From NCBI GenBank assembly GCA_041688005.1, contig JBDNJA010000210.1:151-64150 (forward strand): 64,000 nucleotides of DNA, in the 5' to 3' direction. Shown in pieces: positions 30,316-42,577 of the stretch; the first letter of the stretch is position 1, and the number at the start of each line of letters is the position of its first letter. The position numbers and the translations under genes are program-made. Under the pieces are notes generated by a model. The model had not been told where the DNA came from and did not search any database. It saw nothing but the letters and a program-made list of their open reading frames with translations. Source of the stretch: Gammaproteobacteria bacterium. Its GTDB lineage: Bacteria; Pseudomonadota; Gammaproteobacteria; GCA-001735895.

Positions 30316-31139
30316 GCCAGAATATGAGCCAAAATATAGGCCAAAGTGTAGGAGAGACTAACATTTCGCAATGGAAAAGAAACTGGGTTGCCTACGTCAC
30401 GATCACTCGACGGGAAATTCTTAGATTTAGTCGAATTTGGATACAAACACTGGTGCCTCCAGTGGTCATGACGGGGCTATATTTCGTCATATTTGGCAAT
30501 TTAATTGGTCAGAAGATTGGCGTAATGGACGGAATGTCCTATATTGATTTTATAATGCCAGGGCTGGTGATGATGTCGATTATTACCAACTCATATGCCA
30601 ATGTCGTCTCGTCTTTTTATGGTGCAAAATATTCACACCACATTGAAGAGATGCAAATATCCCCCATTCCCAACATTATTATTATGCTTGGTTTCATCAC
30701 CGGCGGCGTGGTACGAGGCTTGTGTGTCGGTGTGACTGTTGCTTTGGTGTCGCAAATATTTACTGACTTTTCGATGCATAATCCACTTGTCATTATTGTT
30801 GTTGCTATCCTGACTGCCTTTCTTTTCTCAATAGCGGGCCTCATTAATGCCGTATTCGCTAAAAGTTTCGATGATGTCAGCATCGTACCAACCTTTGTCT
30901 TAACGCCCCTGACTTACCTGGGTGGTATTTTCTATTCGATCAAGATGCTCCCTGAATTTTGGCAACAGGTATCACTAGCAAACCCGATATTGTATATGGT
31001 CAACAGTTTTCGGTACGGTTTTCGTGGCACCAGTGATATTGATTTGACCACAGCCTTAAGCGTTATCGTCTTATTCATAGTGATTCTATTTAGTATCTGT
31101 CTCGCATTACTCGAGCGAGGCACTGGCATTCGGCAATGA
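30312..31139 (+). CDS. ABC-2 type transporter permease
   Basis: 275 aa with 6 predicted TM segments. It overlaps the ATPase gene by 4 nt. The start carries a 12-bp duplication (MSQNMSQN). Confidence 0.85.
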   Translation: MSQNMSQNIGQSVGETNISQWKRNWVAYVTITRREILRFSRIWIQTLVPPVVMTGLYFVIFGNLIGQKIGVMDGMSYIDFIMPGLVMMSIITNSYANVVSSFYGAKYSHHIEEMQISPIPNIIIMLGFITGGVVRGLCVGVTVALVSQIFTDFSMHNPLVIIVVAILTAFLFSIAGLINAVFAKSFDDVSIVPTFVLTPLTYLGGIFYSIKMLPEFWQQVSLANPILYMVNSFRYGFRGTSDIDLTTALSVIVLFIVILFSICLALLERGTGIRQ

Positions 31140-31939
31140 ACAATGTCTACCCACTCATTGATATCGGTGCCAATCTGACTAACAACAGTTTAATGCAAGA
31201 TCTGGAACAGATTCTGCAGCGCGCCAGCGATGCCGGTATTAGCAAAATAGTAGTCACCGGTACCGATTTAAACGAAAGCGAAAAAGCAGTTCAACTCTGT
31301 AACCAACACCCGCAGCAACTGGTTTGCACTGCAGGTGTTCACCCCCATTATGCCAGTGACTGGGGGGCAGATACCGCAGATAAAATTTCTCAACTAGCCG
31401 ATCAACCTTGCGTTAGAGCCGTTGGTGAAACTGGGCTCGACTTTAACCGTAACTACTCGCCCTCACCTGCTCAGACGGATGCATTTCGCCAACAGTTAGA
31501 GATAGCCATCAAGTTGAACATGCCCGTGTTCTGCCATCAACGTGACGCGCACGATACATTCATTTCCACTTTAAAAGAATATCGCGACCATCTGACACAG
31601 GTTGTTGTTCATTGTTTTACTGACACCAAGGCAGCGTTGTTTGATTATATTGATCTCGATTGCCATATTGGCATAACCGGATGGATATGCGATGAACGAC
31701 GGGGCACTGAGTTACAGAATAATGTTAAACATATTCCCGCTAATCGCCTCATGCTAGAAACGGATGCACCTTATCTACTGCCACGTAGCCTTTTGCCAAA
31801 GCCAAAATCACGCATCAATGAACCTTGCTATCTTCCTCACATTTTACAAACAGTGGCGCATCATCAAGGCAAATCGGTCCAGCATCTAGCTGCTGAATGC
31901 ATAGAAACCAGTCAGTTATTTTTTAATATTGATAGTTAA
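31136..31939 (+). CDS. tatD: TatD-family metal-dependent hydrolase/DNase
   Basis: 267 aa with IDIGANL, GETGLDF and LETDAPYL motifs. Confidence 0.88.
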   Translation: MNNVYPLIDIGANLTNNSLMQDLEQILQRASDAGISKIVVTGTDLNESEKAVQLCNQHPQQLVCTAGVHPHYASDWGADTADKISQLADQPCVRAVGETGLDFNRNYSPSPAQTDAFRQQLEIAIKLNMPVFCHQRDAHDTFISTLKEYRDHLTQVVVHCFTDTKAALFDYIDLDCHIGITGWICDERRGTELQNNVKHIPANRLMLETDAPYLLPRSLLPKPKSRINEPCYLPHILQTVAHHQGKSVQHLAAECIETSQLFFNIDS

Positions 31940-32094
31940 AGCACTTATCATCCTGTGCCACGGATATGTTGCAAATGGACTGCCTATGATTTTTTGGCCT
32001 TTTGCCGTTTTATCCTCTGCAATCGTTAATATCCCAACTACACTCTTGTTAGTTAAAATTATTATCAATCAAGATAACAAGTTAAACACCGATT

Positions 32095-32811
32095 ATGAAC
32101 GACCAAACTAAATTAAACTTCTTTGCCTCAACCGCGGAACCCTGTAGTTATCTCGACAACAGGGATTCGATCAGTGCGTTTGCCAATCCGCATATCGATA
32201 TGAATATGCATACTTATAGCACGCTGATTCAGCACGGATTCAGACGCTCTGGTGGCTATGTCTATCGCCCCCACTGCCCCAATTGTAAGGAATGTATTTC
32301 GGTTCGCGTTCCGGTTAAGCAACACAAACCATCGCGCAATGAAAAGCGCATTCTGCGGCTCAATAGAGACCTTAAAATTAGTGTTTCTAAGGGTAAGTTT
32401 CGTCAGCAGCATTTTGACTTATACACACGATATATGACCAGCCGACATGGCGATGGCAGTATGGCCAACCCCACTAAAGCAGACTATCATCGTTTTTTAA
32501 TCTGTGACTGGACAGAAACAGATTTTATCGAGTTCCGTCTTGGAGAAACTCTGGTCGCTATCGCGGTGACCGATGTGACTGACTCAGGATTATCGGCCGT
32601 CTATACTTTTTTTGAACCTGATTACGAGGATCGAAGCCCAGGTCATTTCGCGATACTGAGTCAGATAGAAGAAGCAAAATCTCGTGATCTTGAGTACCTC
32701 TACCTAGGGTACTGGATAAAAGACTGCAATAAAATGAGTTATAAAAACCGCTATAAACCATTAGAAGGATTCATAGACGATCACTGGCAAGACATCACCA
32801 ATAGTGGGTAA
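32095..32811 (+). CDS. bpt: Arginyltransferase-family protein (bacterial Bpt, Asp/Glu leucyltransferase)
   Basis: 238 aa with CSYL......F, the RRSG.Y.YRP.C..C..C pattern and YLGYWI. Confidence 0.85.
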   Translation: MNDQTKLNFFASTAEPCSYLDNRDSISAFANPHIDMNMHTYSTLIQHGFRRSGGYVYRPHCPNCKECISVRVPVKQHKPSRNEKRILRLNRDLKISVSKGKFRQQHFDLYTRYMTSRHGDGSMANPTKADYHRFLICDWTETDFIEFRLGETLVAIAVTDVTDSGLSAVYTFFEPDYEDRSPGHFAILSQIEEAKSRDLEYLYLGYWIKDCNKMSYKNRYKPLEGFIDDHWQDITNSG

Positions 32812-32945
32812 ACTATACATGGCGTAATATTCCGAATAAACACATTAATTGTTAACTATCAATGAGTTATTATTATGCTTTTATTCAAAATATATTGTGC
32901 TTTATGGTATTTTTTGTAGATTAAGTCGATGCAATCTGGCTACAG

Positions 32946-33138
32946 TGGCACGGACACTTTAGATTAGAGCTCCAAAAAATAGACGAGTCACTTCCGGAAC
33001 CGAATAGCATTGCTCTAGAACAAGACCAACTGCCTCCTCTTTAAACTCCTTTGGATATTGTTTATAGCTTCATTTTTGACCCATTTGCACACCTCAATAA
33101 TTGACATTAATTGTCTCTTATTAAAGTGTCCGGTGTCA
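32946..33138 (-). mobile_element. 193-bp IS3-family deletion derivative (MITE-like)
   Basis: The termini are TGGCACGGACACTTTAGATTAGAG (left) and TGACACCGGACACTTTAATAAGAG (right, reverse complement). Inside, the minus strand reads ..QYPKEFKEEAVGLVLEQCYSVPEVTRL.., the N-terminus of an IS3 OrfA, fused directly to the other inverted repeat. Confidence 0.65.
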
Positions 33139-33413
33139 TTAGACCAGAACATATTCGTGAAAGAAGTCAAAGTTACTTCAATTTTATTAAAACCTTAACT
33201 AAGAAAATTCCTCATAGACTCACTCATAATCACAACTATTGGTGCGATGGTGCTGATTTTCGTAGTTAGGCTAGTCAAAAACCCTACTAATGTTTGTCAT
33301 TGATTTTTAACTCTAGATTGTATTAAAATTTTCATCGATATCGGTGGAGATCGCGAAGTAGGTGACGGGTGACTCAACGCTTGTAAATTGATCGCCCACG
33401 CGCAACACCGGCT

Positions 33414-35261
33414 TTACAAATCGTACAGCCAGGGAAGTATTAGGGTCAGGCTTACCAGCATTATCACCACCAATGGTAAGCCGACTCGAATAAAATCACC
33501 GAAGGTATAATTTCCGGCGTTCATAACCAACAGATTGGTTTGATAGGCCATCGGTGTCGCAAAGCTCATGTTGGCGCCAAATATTACCGCCAATACAAAA
33601 GGCTCTGTACTAAGTCCTAGCTGATGCGCGATGCTAATAGCAATCGGTGTTCCGATAACTGCAGCGGCATTATTTGATACCACGTTGGTAAGCACTGCTA
33701 TCATTGCCATCAATACTCCTAGCAGCAGCATTGGCGATAATCCTTGAGCAACGTCAATATAAGCGCTGGCGATGATTTCTGCCCCTCCTGTTTCGACCAT
33801 GGCTTTGCCCATAGCCAAACTGGTGGCAATAATCATTATCACCGAAGCACTGAGTGCTTGGGTGGCGTCGCGCCATTTCAGACAACCTGTTAACAGCATT
33901 AGCACAACACCACATACAGCACTGATCGAAATTGGTAGTAGCCCAGTAGCAACAGTGGCGACAATCATCACCATGATTAACATTGCTATCAGAGCACGCG
34001 ATGAGATAGGTAAATCTGACTTGGCGTCCAACACCAAAAGATTTCGGCTCGATTTTAATCGCTCCACATTATTCGCAGATCCCTGTACGAGTAATATGTC
34101 ACCGGAACTAAGCTTGATATACTCAGTATGGCCTAATCCTTGACTTTCCTCACGCCGATTGGTTCTAAACAGGGCAAGTACCATTAACGCATAACGTTCG
34201 CGAAACCGAACATTAGACAGTGTTTGACCGTCAAGAGTTGAACCTGGAACGATCACAACTTCTGCGCGTTGCTGTGTTGCATCCTGTAGTCGATGCCTTT
34301 CGTCGACTGCCTCTTCACCAGAAAACAAACTAACACCCAGAGTATCTTCCAGCTCTTTCAATTGCTCTGGAGAACTCCTAACCGCGATCCGGTCCCCGCT
34401 CTTCAGGATCCGGTCGGGTAGTGCTATTAATCGGTTGTTTTTTTCTCCTCGCAGAATATTTTTTACCTCAAGTAATCCGCCCGATAACGCGATTGCATCA
34501 GACAGGGTTTTTTGATGAATAGAGCTATTGTCGTGAACACGCAGCTGGGCATTAAAAAGTCTGGGTGTTGAGTTCTGCATTAGTCCCTCACGGATGGGGA
34601 GTAATTTTGGTGCGACGAATGCCAGGTATAATATTCCGATGCTTCCAGCAATTGCTGCGGGAAGTGCAAAATCAAACATACCTATCTCATCAGTTCCAAG
34701 GTCCTGTGCCACACTAACCACCAACAGATTGGTTGATGTTCCAATGGTAGTCGCCATGCCACCCAACGATGTTGCTAACCCGACCGGCATTAATAGGCCA
34801 GATGCGGGACTACCTGTTTTAAGCGATACACTGATCAAAACCGGCAATATTAAAATGACGATTGGGGTGTTATTTAAAAAGGCACTGAGCAACGCTCCAA
34901 TAACCATTGTCATTAAAAAAGTTAAGGTTGGATAATCACCCCAGTAGCGTGCCAACTGCCGACCAATAGGCTCGAGCGCACCTGTCTGAACCAATGCCTG
35001 CCCAGCAATCATTAATGCGCAAACGGCGACCAGGGCCTGGTGCCCAAATCCAGAAAATAGTCGAACCGAGTTAAAGGAGCCTTCACTACTGCGATAGGGG
35101 AAAATTTCGAACAACAATGCAAGAATAACCATGATCATCAGCGCCGAAGTCGGCAGTGGAATGCGATCACTGGCGAACAGGAATAACGCAACCACAATAA
35201 TGATCATCACTGCATAGGCATGAAAATTTGGATAACTATCCACTAATGCTGCTATATCCAT
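33414..35261 (-). CDS. SLC13/DASS-family anion permease with central TrkA-C domains
   Basis: 615 aa with two membrane halves flanking two RCK_C-like segments (..GDRIAVRSSPEQLKEL.. and ..GDILLVQGSANNVERL..). Confidence 0.85.
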   Translation of the reverse strand: MDIAALVDSYPNFHAYAVMIIIVVALFLFASDRIPLPTSALMIMVILALLFEIFPYRSSEGSFNSVRLFSGFGHQALVAVCALMIAGQALVQTGALEPIGRQLARYWGDYPTLTFLMTMVIGALLSAFLNNTPIVILILPVLISVSLKTGSPASGLLMPVGLATSLGGMATTIGTSTNLLVVSVAQDLGTDEIGMFDFALPAAIAGSIGILYLAFVAPKLLPIREGLMQNSTPRLFNAQLRVHDNSSIHQKTLSDAIALSGGLLEVKNILRGEKNNRLIALPDRILKSGDRIAVRSSPEQLKELEDTLGVSLFSGEEAVDERHRLQDATQQRAEVVIVPGSTLDGQTLSNVRFRERYALMVLALFRTNRREESQGLGHTEYIKLSSGDILLVQGSANNVERLKSSRNLLVLDAKSDLPISSRALIAMLIMVMIVATVATGLLPISISAVCGVVLMLLTGCLKWRDATQALSASVIMIIATSLAMGKAMVETGGAEIIASAYIDVAQGLSPMLLLGVLMAMIAVLTNVVSNNAAAVIGTPIAISIAHQLGLSTEPFVLAVIFGANMSFATPMAYQTNLLVMNAGNYTFGDFIRVGLPLVVIMLVSLTLILPWLYDL

Positions 35262-35384
35262 AGTTCTCTGTTATTTTATTACTTTCTATATGAGTTTCAT
35301 CTTGCGTTAGCAGGTTTGAAGATAGACATATGTAAAAATGATTATTTTAACAACCATTTATTCACCGATACCCAGTATTTCCCA

Positions 35385-35555
35385 ATAGACGTAGCTCGTC
35401 TGCGCGATTTCAAAAGCGTAAAAGGAGCATTACTGTTCAATAATACTAGCATACAGAGACTTGTCGAAAAGCTCGGATTTAGCATTCATTCCAATCCTTT
35501 AAGATATGCCCGTTTTACGAACAACAAAGCTGTTGTAACAACATCAGCAACGTGA
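35385..35555 (+). pseudogene. Possible LysR-type regulator N-terminal remnant
   Basis: Part of track ORF 35316..35555. IDVARLRDFKSV...SIQRLVEKLGFSIHSN.LRYARFTNNKAV resembles the LysR HTH pattern (DL..LR.F..V....S.qI..LE..LG..LF.R..R...LT.aG). It is shortened and stops after about 57 codons. It is divergent from the SLC13 gene. Confidence 0.3.
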
Positions 35556-35721
35556 GTGAAGGGTTTTCAAATAGTAAAGAGAACTGTGATGCAAACTATA
35601 AGCGTCTTGGACTTAGTCCTGCACTACTGACGTCTACATCGACTCATTAACTTCTATTTGCAATTCCAACGAAAACAGTTATACCGGACAGTGGAAGGCT
35701 TCTCATGCCAAAAATAGTACT

Positions 35722-36249
35722 TCATTGTTTGGTACCAGTCATGTGCTGCAATTTTTCGAGGTTACTTATTGTGATTTCGCGACGGTGGACTTCGATTAGC
35801 CTGCTTTGCTGAAAATGGGTCATAACCCTGGAGATACTCTCCATTGCAAGACCCAGATAGTTGCCGATGTCCTGACCGACATACTTAAAATAAACTCCCG
35901 AGGCGAATGGAAATATGTAAATCGAACCGAATTCAAGAACCATAGCGGAAGATTGATGTGCCTCATTTTCAGGCCCATCAAACCCAAAAAAATCCTCTGG
36001 CAGATAAAAACCGGGCACCTGTTCTTCACCGCCCTCGGTAGTGCAATAGATTTTAATTGCTCCGTTCCTGACAATATATAGTGCCATTGACGGATCACCG
36101 ATGTAGAACACATGCTCACCGGGCGCAACGGTTCGGGTGCTTTTTCTGAGCATTTCGACCTTCACTGGTTCGCTTAGCATTTGCTCCATATTAAATATAT
36201 TTTTTGAAACATATGAACGGTGTTTAGGAGTGCGTGGTAATACGCCCAA
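35722..36249 (-). CDS. Crp/Fnr-family regulator, shortened (probable internal deletion)
   Basis: 175 aa. The cNMP-binding beta-barrel (..GEHVFYIGDPSMALYIVRNGAIKIY..) runs directly into the HTH (DIGNYLGLAMESISRVM), without the usual dimerisation helix. Confidence 0.6.
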   Translation of the reverse strand: MGVLPRTPKHRSYVSKNIFNMEQMLSEPVKVEMLRKSTRTVAPGEHVFYIGDPSMALYIVRNGAIKIYCTTEGGEEQVPGFYLPEDFFGFDGPENEAHQSSAMVLEFGSIYIFPFASGVYFKYVGQDIGNYLGLAMESISRVMTHFQQSRLIEVHRREITISNLEKLQHMTGTKQ

Positions 36250-36611
36250 GTGCTGCGCATTCGTTTTTATCGACTTCCATCGAGGACATTGGTAATTTGA
36301 TCATTATAAAACCTAAGAATTCTCTTCATAATGCCTTTTTATCTACGCATCACCGTACGCTAGTGCACATAGAAAACTGCTGGTGCGGTGCGAACACACT
36401 CACGATAGTCGATTTAGCTTCTTCCTATATTCGACAAATTCCAGCTAGAGCAAATTGTCTTATTGATTAAGTGGGGGCTTAACCCATCGTTAATCTAAGA
36501 GGATATGATGACGAGTAATAAACGAGGAGTTGCAATGGTCTCAAACTGCTGACCGGCGGACGTTCAACTTAACCCTGTTTCCTCAGGTAATAATCTGACT
36601 GAAGACAATCT

Positions 36612-37304
36612 TTAGCCTAGCATTTGCGTGTAATCGCTTTTCACTGCTGAGTAACACTCACAAGATGCCTCTTCCAACCCTTTTCGATCGAGAATCTCGA
36701 TTTCCCCACGACTGTAGTTAATGAGATGCCTCTTTTGCAAGGCGCCTGCTGCAACCGTAACACCGCTTCTACGGACACCAAGTATATTAGCAATGTCCTG
36801 ATGCGTGATATTGAAATGATCGGCATGGGCACGGTCGTGCGACATCAGTAACCAGCGCGCCAGCCTAGCCTTGATGTGGTGAAAATGTATGCACGCGGAA
36901 GACCGAGGTAGTTGTGACATCAATACAAAAAGGTAGTTTGCAACCGTTCGATGCAGGTCTGGGCACTCTTGCAATAGTTGGCGTAGATCGGTGACAGTTA
37001 ACCTCAGGGCATCGCCGGCCCCTTGGACGACTCCCTGCATGGCCGAACGATCAACGCCCAGAACCAGTGTTGAACCCAGTATCCCTTCATTGCCAATCAA
37101 ACCCATTTCCAGGGTCTGGCGTGCGTTCAACAATGCCAACAGGGAAATAAAACTCGATAAAGGAAAATACGCATATAGGAACCGCTGTTCTGGCTCACAT
37201 AGAATTTCACCAACCTCCAGACTAACGAGTTTACATCGGTTAAGCACGAGAGAGCGGCTCTTTTCTGACAGCCCGTCGATGAGCTTGTTGGTGATTGGTG
37301 GCAT
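36612..37304 (-). CDS. Crp/Fnr-family transcriptional regulator
   Basis: 230 aa with a cNMP-binding-like domain plus the HTH ITHQDIANILGVRRSGVTVAAGAL, and a C-terminal CECY motif. Confidence 0.85.
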   Translation of the reverse strand: MPPITNKLIDGLSEKSRSLVLNRCKLVSLEVGEILCEPEQRFLYAYFPLSSFISLLALLNARQTLEMGLIGNEGILGSTLVLGVDRSAMQGVVQGAGDALRLTVTDLRQLLQECPDLHRTVANYLFVLMSQLPRSSACIHFHHIKARLARWLLMSHDRAHADHFNITHQDIANILGVRRSGVTVAAGALQKRHLINYSRGEIEILDRKGLEEASCECYSAVKSDYTQMLG

Positions 37305-37654
37305 CTGGATAATGAGTTCCCGAAACTAGTAACTGCGAACCTTTGCATTAGACCAGTATTGACGCACTATCTATGTGCGATTACTAACTTAGAGTGAAAA
37401 TTAATTACCACGGTTCTAGGTAATCCGGGTTATCAGGCGTTAACAGTAATGGGCCGGCAACAGGATCTAATCGTATTGGTAGACTGGATGAATTACCTGT
37501 TATGTATGGTCAGGAAGGTTTCGGTATGGGAGGAGGTGGTTCATTTCCTTTTTAACTACTAAGTTCGATAGCGCACAGAAATTCTGATCCAACTAGCAGA
37601 CAATGCAATTCAATCCCACTATCCGTTCCCTCCTCGGGAAAAGGTGGATTGTTA

Positions 37655-37686
37655 TCCTTGGGTCTCTGTGACCTAGGGATTTTTTT
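37655..37686 (+). terminator. Strong rho-independent terminator with no annotated gene upstream
   Basis: UCCUUGGGUC-ucugu-GACCUAGGGA forms 10 bp including 2 G-U pairs, followed by TTTTTTT. Confidence 0.7.
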
Positions 37687-38074
37687 ACTGATTCATCACA
37701 GGCTCGACCTTTAAAAGTTTAGACCAGTATCAAGGTGAGAAATATGACAACCTGTGATCGCATCAGTTCGTCCCTTTCTAGCAAATCAAATACGCCGCCT
37801 TTAGTTATCTACCGACAGTAAATCCGAAATGGAACTGGCTCGTGAATTTTTTCGAATTCCCATAAAGGCCCAAACACCTCGATGGAACAGTGGCGAGAAG
37901 TTATCGACACTTTGCCAATGGATTTCTGCAGATTAAAGGCAGGAATCGGTGGCGTTTGTGGGTATTCATACACCGATTCTACCAATATTAGCCGGTTAAC
38001 TTGTCATTACCCTTAACACATATAACTGGCAAGCAATACGCCCATCCAGGATGAACGTATGACAGCCAAAGTAC

Positions 38075-40327
<2,253 letters not shown>

Positions 40328-40672
40328 TCAGTAGCCTTAAGATTCTGATCGCTAACAGAGCTTCAAAATTAATCTGCGTAAGGAGAATATAATGAAGATA
40401 AACAGGACATGAAGTCTGTGCGAAAGCACACTTATAGCAATGCTTCTACTAAGGCTCGGTGTGCGGTAGCGCACCGAAGTTGCTCTCATTTATCGCTAAT
40501 GTATAAGTATTGTAGGCGTTTAAAGCTTCGCCACCCTGACAGACAGGTGGCGCGGTGGCCAGAGCATTGGCTAATAGGACGCAAAAAATAATTTCCCACA
40601 GGGCTGGAACAAAGCTCTTTCTTATTTGCGTATTACAAGGGGCGCCTAAAGCTCAAATAAAGGAGCTACACC

Positions 40673-40863
40673 ATGAAAACGAATGAAGGCACGCTGGACC
40701 GCACACTAAGCGTGATCACCAGTCGGTTCTGGCGGACTAGCCACCACTGACCAATAGACTTGTGGGCTATATCGGCGTCGTGCCGCTGCTGACCTGCGCG
40801 GTAGGACTATGCGCTCTGTACTTTCTCCTAGGCAAGAATATCTCTCCAGTGAGCACGCGCTGA
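40673..40863 (+). pseudogene. DUF2892 (YgaP-like membrane domain) gene with two frameshifts
   Basis: AAGGAG RBS followed by MKTNEGTLDRTLSVITS.. (frame 1), ..GSGGLATT.. (frame 2) and ..LVGYIGVVPLLTCAVGLCALYFLLGKN.. (frame 3). Confidence 0.55.
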
Positions 40864-41078
40864 ACCTGATCGACTGTGCATGTTCAGTTATCAGAAAAAA
40901 CCTCGCAGAACTACTGCTATGGCTCGCACTTCTAGAGCGACCGTGCTTGAGAAGTTCGTGTGGTGGACCTAGTATTGGGAAGCTTAGCCACCGTTGGAAA
41001 TTGTTATTGCCAACAGCAGCCGATCGCAAGCAATTTAGACTTGTCTTATACAGTAAATATTTTTTTAAAAGGCAGACT

Positions 41079-42032
41079 ATGAGTGTCCCATCATCAAAAC
41101 CACGCATTAATCTTGGTGGAGTATCGCGTGTTAAAATGGCGCTTATTGCTGAAGGTGGTGGGCAACGAGGGATATTCACAGCAGGTGTATTAGATGCGTG
41201 GTTAGAGAATAATTTTGATCCCTTCAATTTATTTATTGGCACGTCTTCTGGTTCACAAAATATCACCAGCTTTTTATCTGGTCAAAAAGGGTATGCCAAG
41301 CGATTAATCGGTGGATTATCAAGTCGTAAGCGTTTTTACCGACTAGGCCGTGGATTAGTGGGAGGCAATGTTGTCGATTTGGATTGGTACTTTGGAAAAA
41401 CCATTCAAGGTAGTTTTGCCTTAGACTTTGCGGCGGCAAGGGAATCATTAGGACAACGAGAATTTTTAATCACTGCAACAAATTCACGCGATAGACAAGG
41501 TTATTTCTTAAGCCCAAACGGTAATAACAATAACTGGCGCCAATTACTTAAAGCCTCGAGTGCATTACCTTTTTTATATAAGAAAGGGGTTAAACTAGCA
41601 CCCCGATTAACTGTCAGTTCAGCTAATCAGGCAGAAGCAAGGAGCGATTATCCTCAAGCGGACTTCTACCTTGACGGTGGACTGGCTGAGCCGCTACCAG
41701 TTCGTGAAGCCTATCGTCGCGGCGCTCGAAAAATTGTCGTTATTCGCACTGTTAATGAAGACCTTCATAATCAGTCTGATTGGGTACGTAATCTAAAGTC
41801 ATGGGTTTACGAGTCTGGATATTGCCCAAAAACCATTGATTACTTGGTTCAGCATGAGCAAGCTTATCAGCAAGAGCTCGCCTTTATCGCTAACCCACCT
41901 GAAGATGTCGAGATCATTCAAATTTTTGCTAAAGACAATCTTCAAAGTAAGCTTTTAGGCAGTACCGATATGGATTTACAACATGATTATCGTGCCGGTA
42001 TCGCTGCGGGTAATGCTTTTTTGCAGACTTAA
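41079..42032 (+). CDS. Patatin-like phospholipase
   Basis: It has GGGQRG (oxyanion hole), GTSSG (GxSxG) and DGG (catalytic Asp). The track ORF starts at 40809, but the N-terminal 90 aa look like read-through of the upstream pseudogene. The likely start is MSVPSSKP at 41079. Confidence 0.85.
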   Translation: MSVPSSKPRINLGGVSRVKMALIAEGGGQRGIFTAGVLDAWLENNFDPFNLFIGTSSGSQNITSFLSGQKGYAKRLIGGLSSRKRFYRLGRGLVGGNVVDLDWYFGKTIQGSFALDFAAARESLGQREFLITATNSRDRQGYFLSPNGNNNNWRQLLKASSALPFLYKKGVKLAPRLTVSSANQAEARSDYPQADFYLDGGLAEPLPVREAYRRGARKIVVIRTVNEDLHNQSDWVRNLKSWVYESGYCPKTIDYLVQHEQAYQQELAFIANPPEDVEIIQIFAKDNLQSKLLGSTDMDLQHDYRAGIAAGNAFLQT

Positions 42033-42250
42033 GAGCATTTTATGCAACACAACTTCTGCATCATCTGAGTGTAAGAAAAATAAACGTGATACCGTTGGAC
42101 TCCATAACAGATTAAACAAAACCCTTATTCAGAAACGTACAAACCAACGTCGCAACGGGCGTAAAAACAGAATCTACTGCTGCGGCAAAAATATCATTTT
42201 TCAGCATCAGCCCACGGTGAACTTATTATTAATCCAGAACATATATCGAC

Positions 42251-42379
42251 TTACGCGTTAGCAAGCGTGCTCCACAATAAAAACCCGAATAAAAAAATAA
42301 TCAAAAGAGCCCTCGCCGTTATGAATAAATAAAGCCAAATACCCCAGAATTTAAAGAGTGGAATTGGCAGAACAGTCAC
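42251..42379 (-). CDS. Possible 42-aa hydrophobic peptide (below ORF-track cutoff)
   Basis: GGGGAGG lies 4 nt upstream of a GTG. The translation is (M)TVLPIPLFKFWGIWLYLFITARALLIIFLFGFLLWSTLANA. Confidence 0.3.
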   Translation of the reverse strand: MTVLPIPLFKFWGIWLYLFITARALLIIFLFGFLLWSTLANA

Positions 42380-42577
42380 AAAGCCTCCCCCATGATGGGC
42401 TCGTAAAAAGGTTGTTCAAACATGTAAGCCTTTTTTGAAGATGTTATCCTAAATGGGTCGGCTACATCAGCTAACAATAAACCATTTGCTGTGGTTGCCG
42501 TTGCGCCACCATCAATGCACAGCTGTGTGATTTCATCTGTAACCTCCTTAATTCTTGGCTGCGATAAAGTATGATGT

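Noticed and set aside
40706-41266. 186-aa minus-strand ORF
   Set aside because: It spans the DUF2892 pseudogene, an intergenic stretch and the patatin 5' end on the opposite strand. It has no motif, and its composition looks like a shadow ORF.
41079-42032. Patatin-like phospholipase as a CBASS (CapV-like) effector
   Set aside because: No cyclase/CD-NTase, E1/E2/JAB or other CBASS partner is adjacent. The neighbours are a pseudogene and tiny ORFs. I treat it as an orphan lipase.
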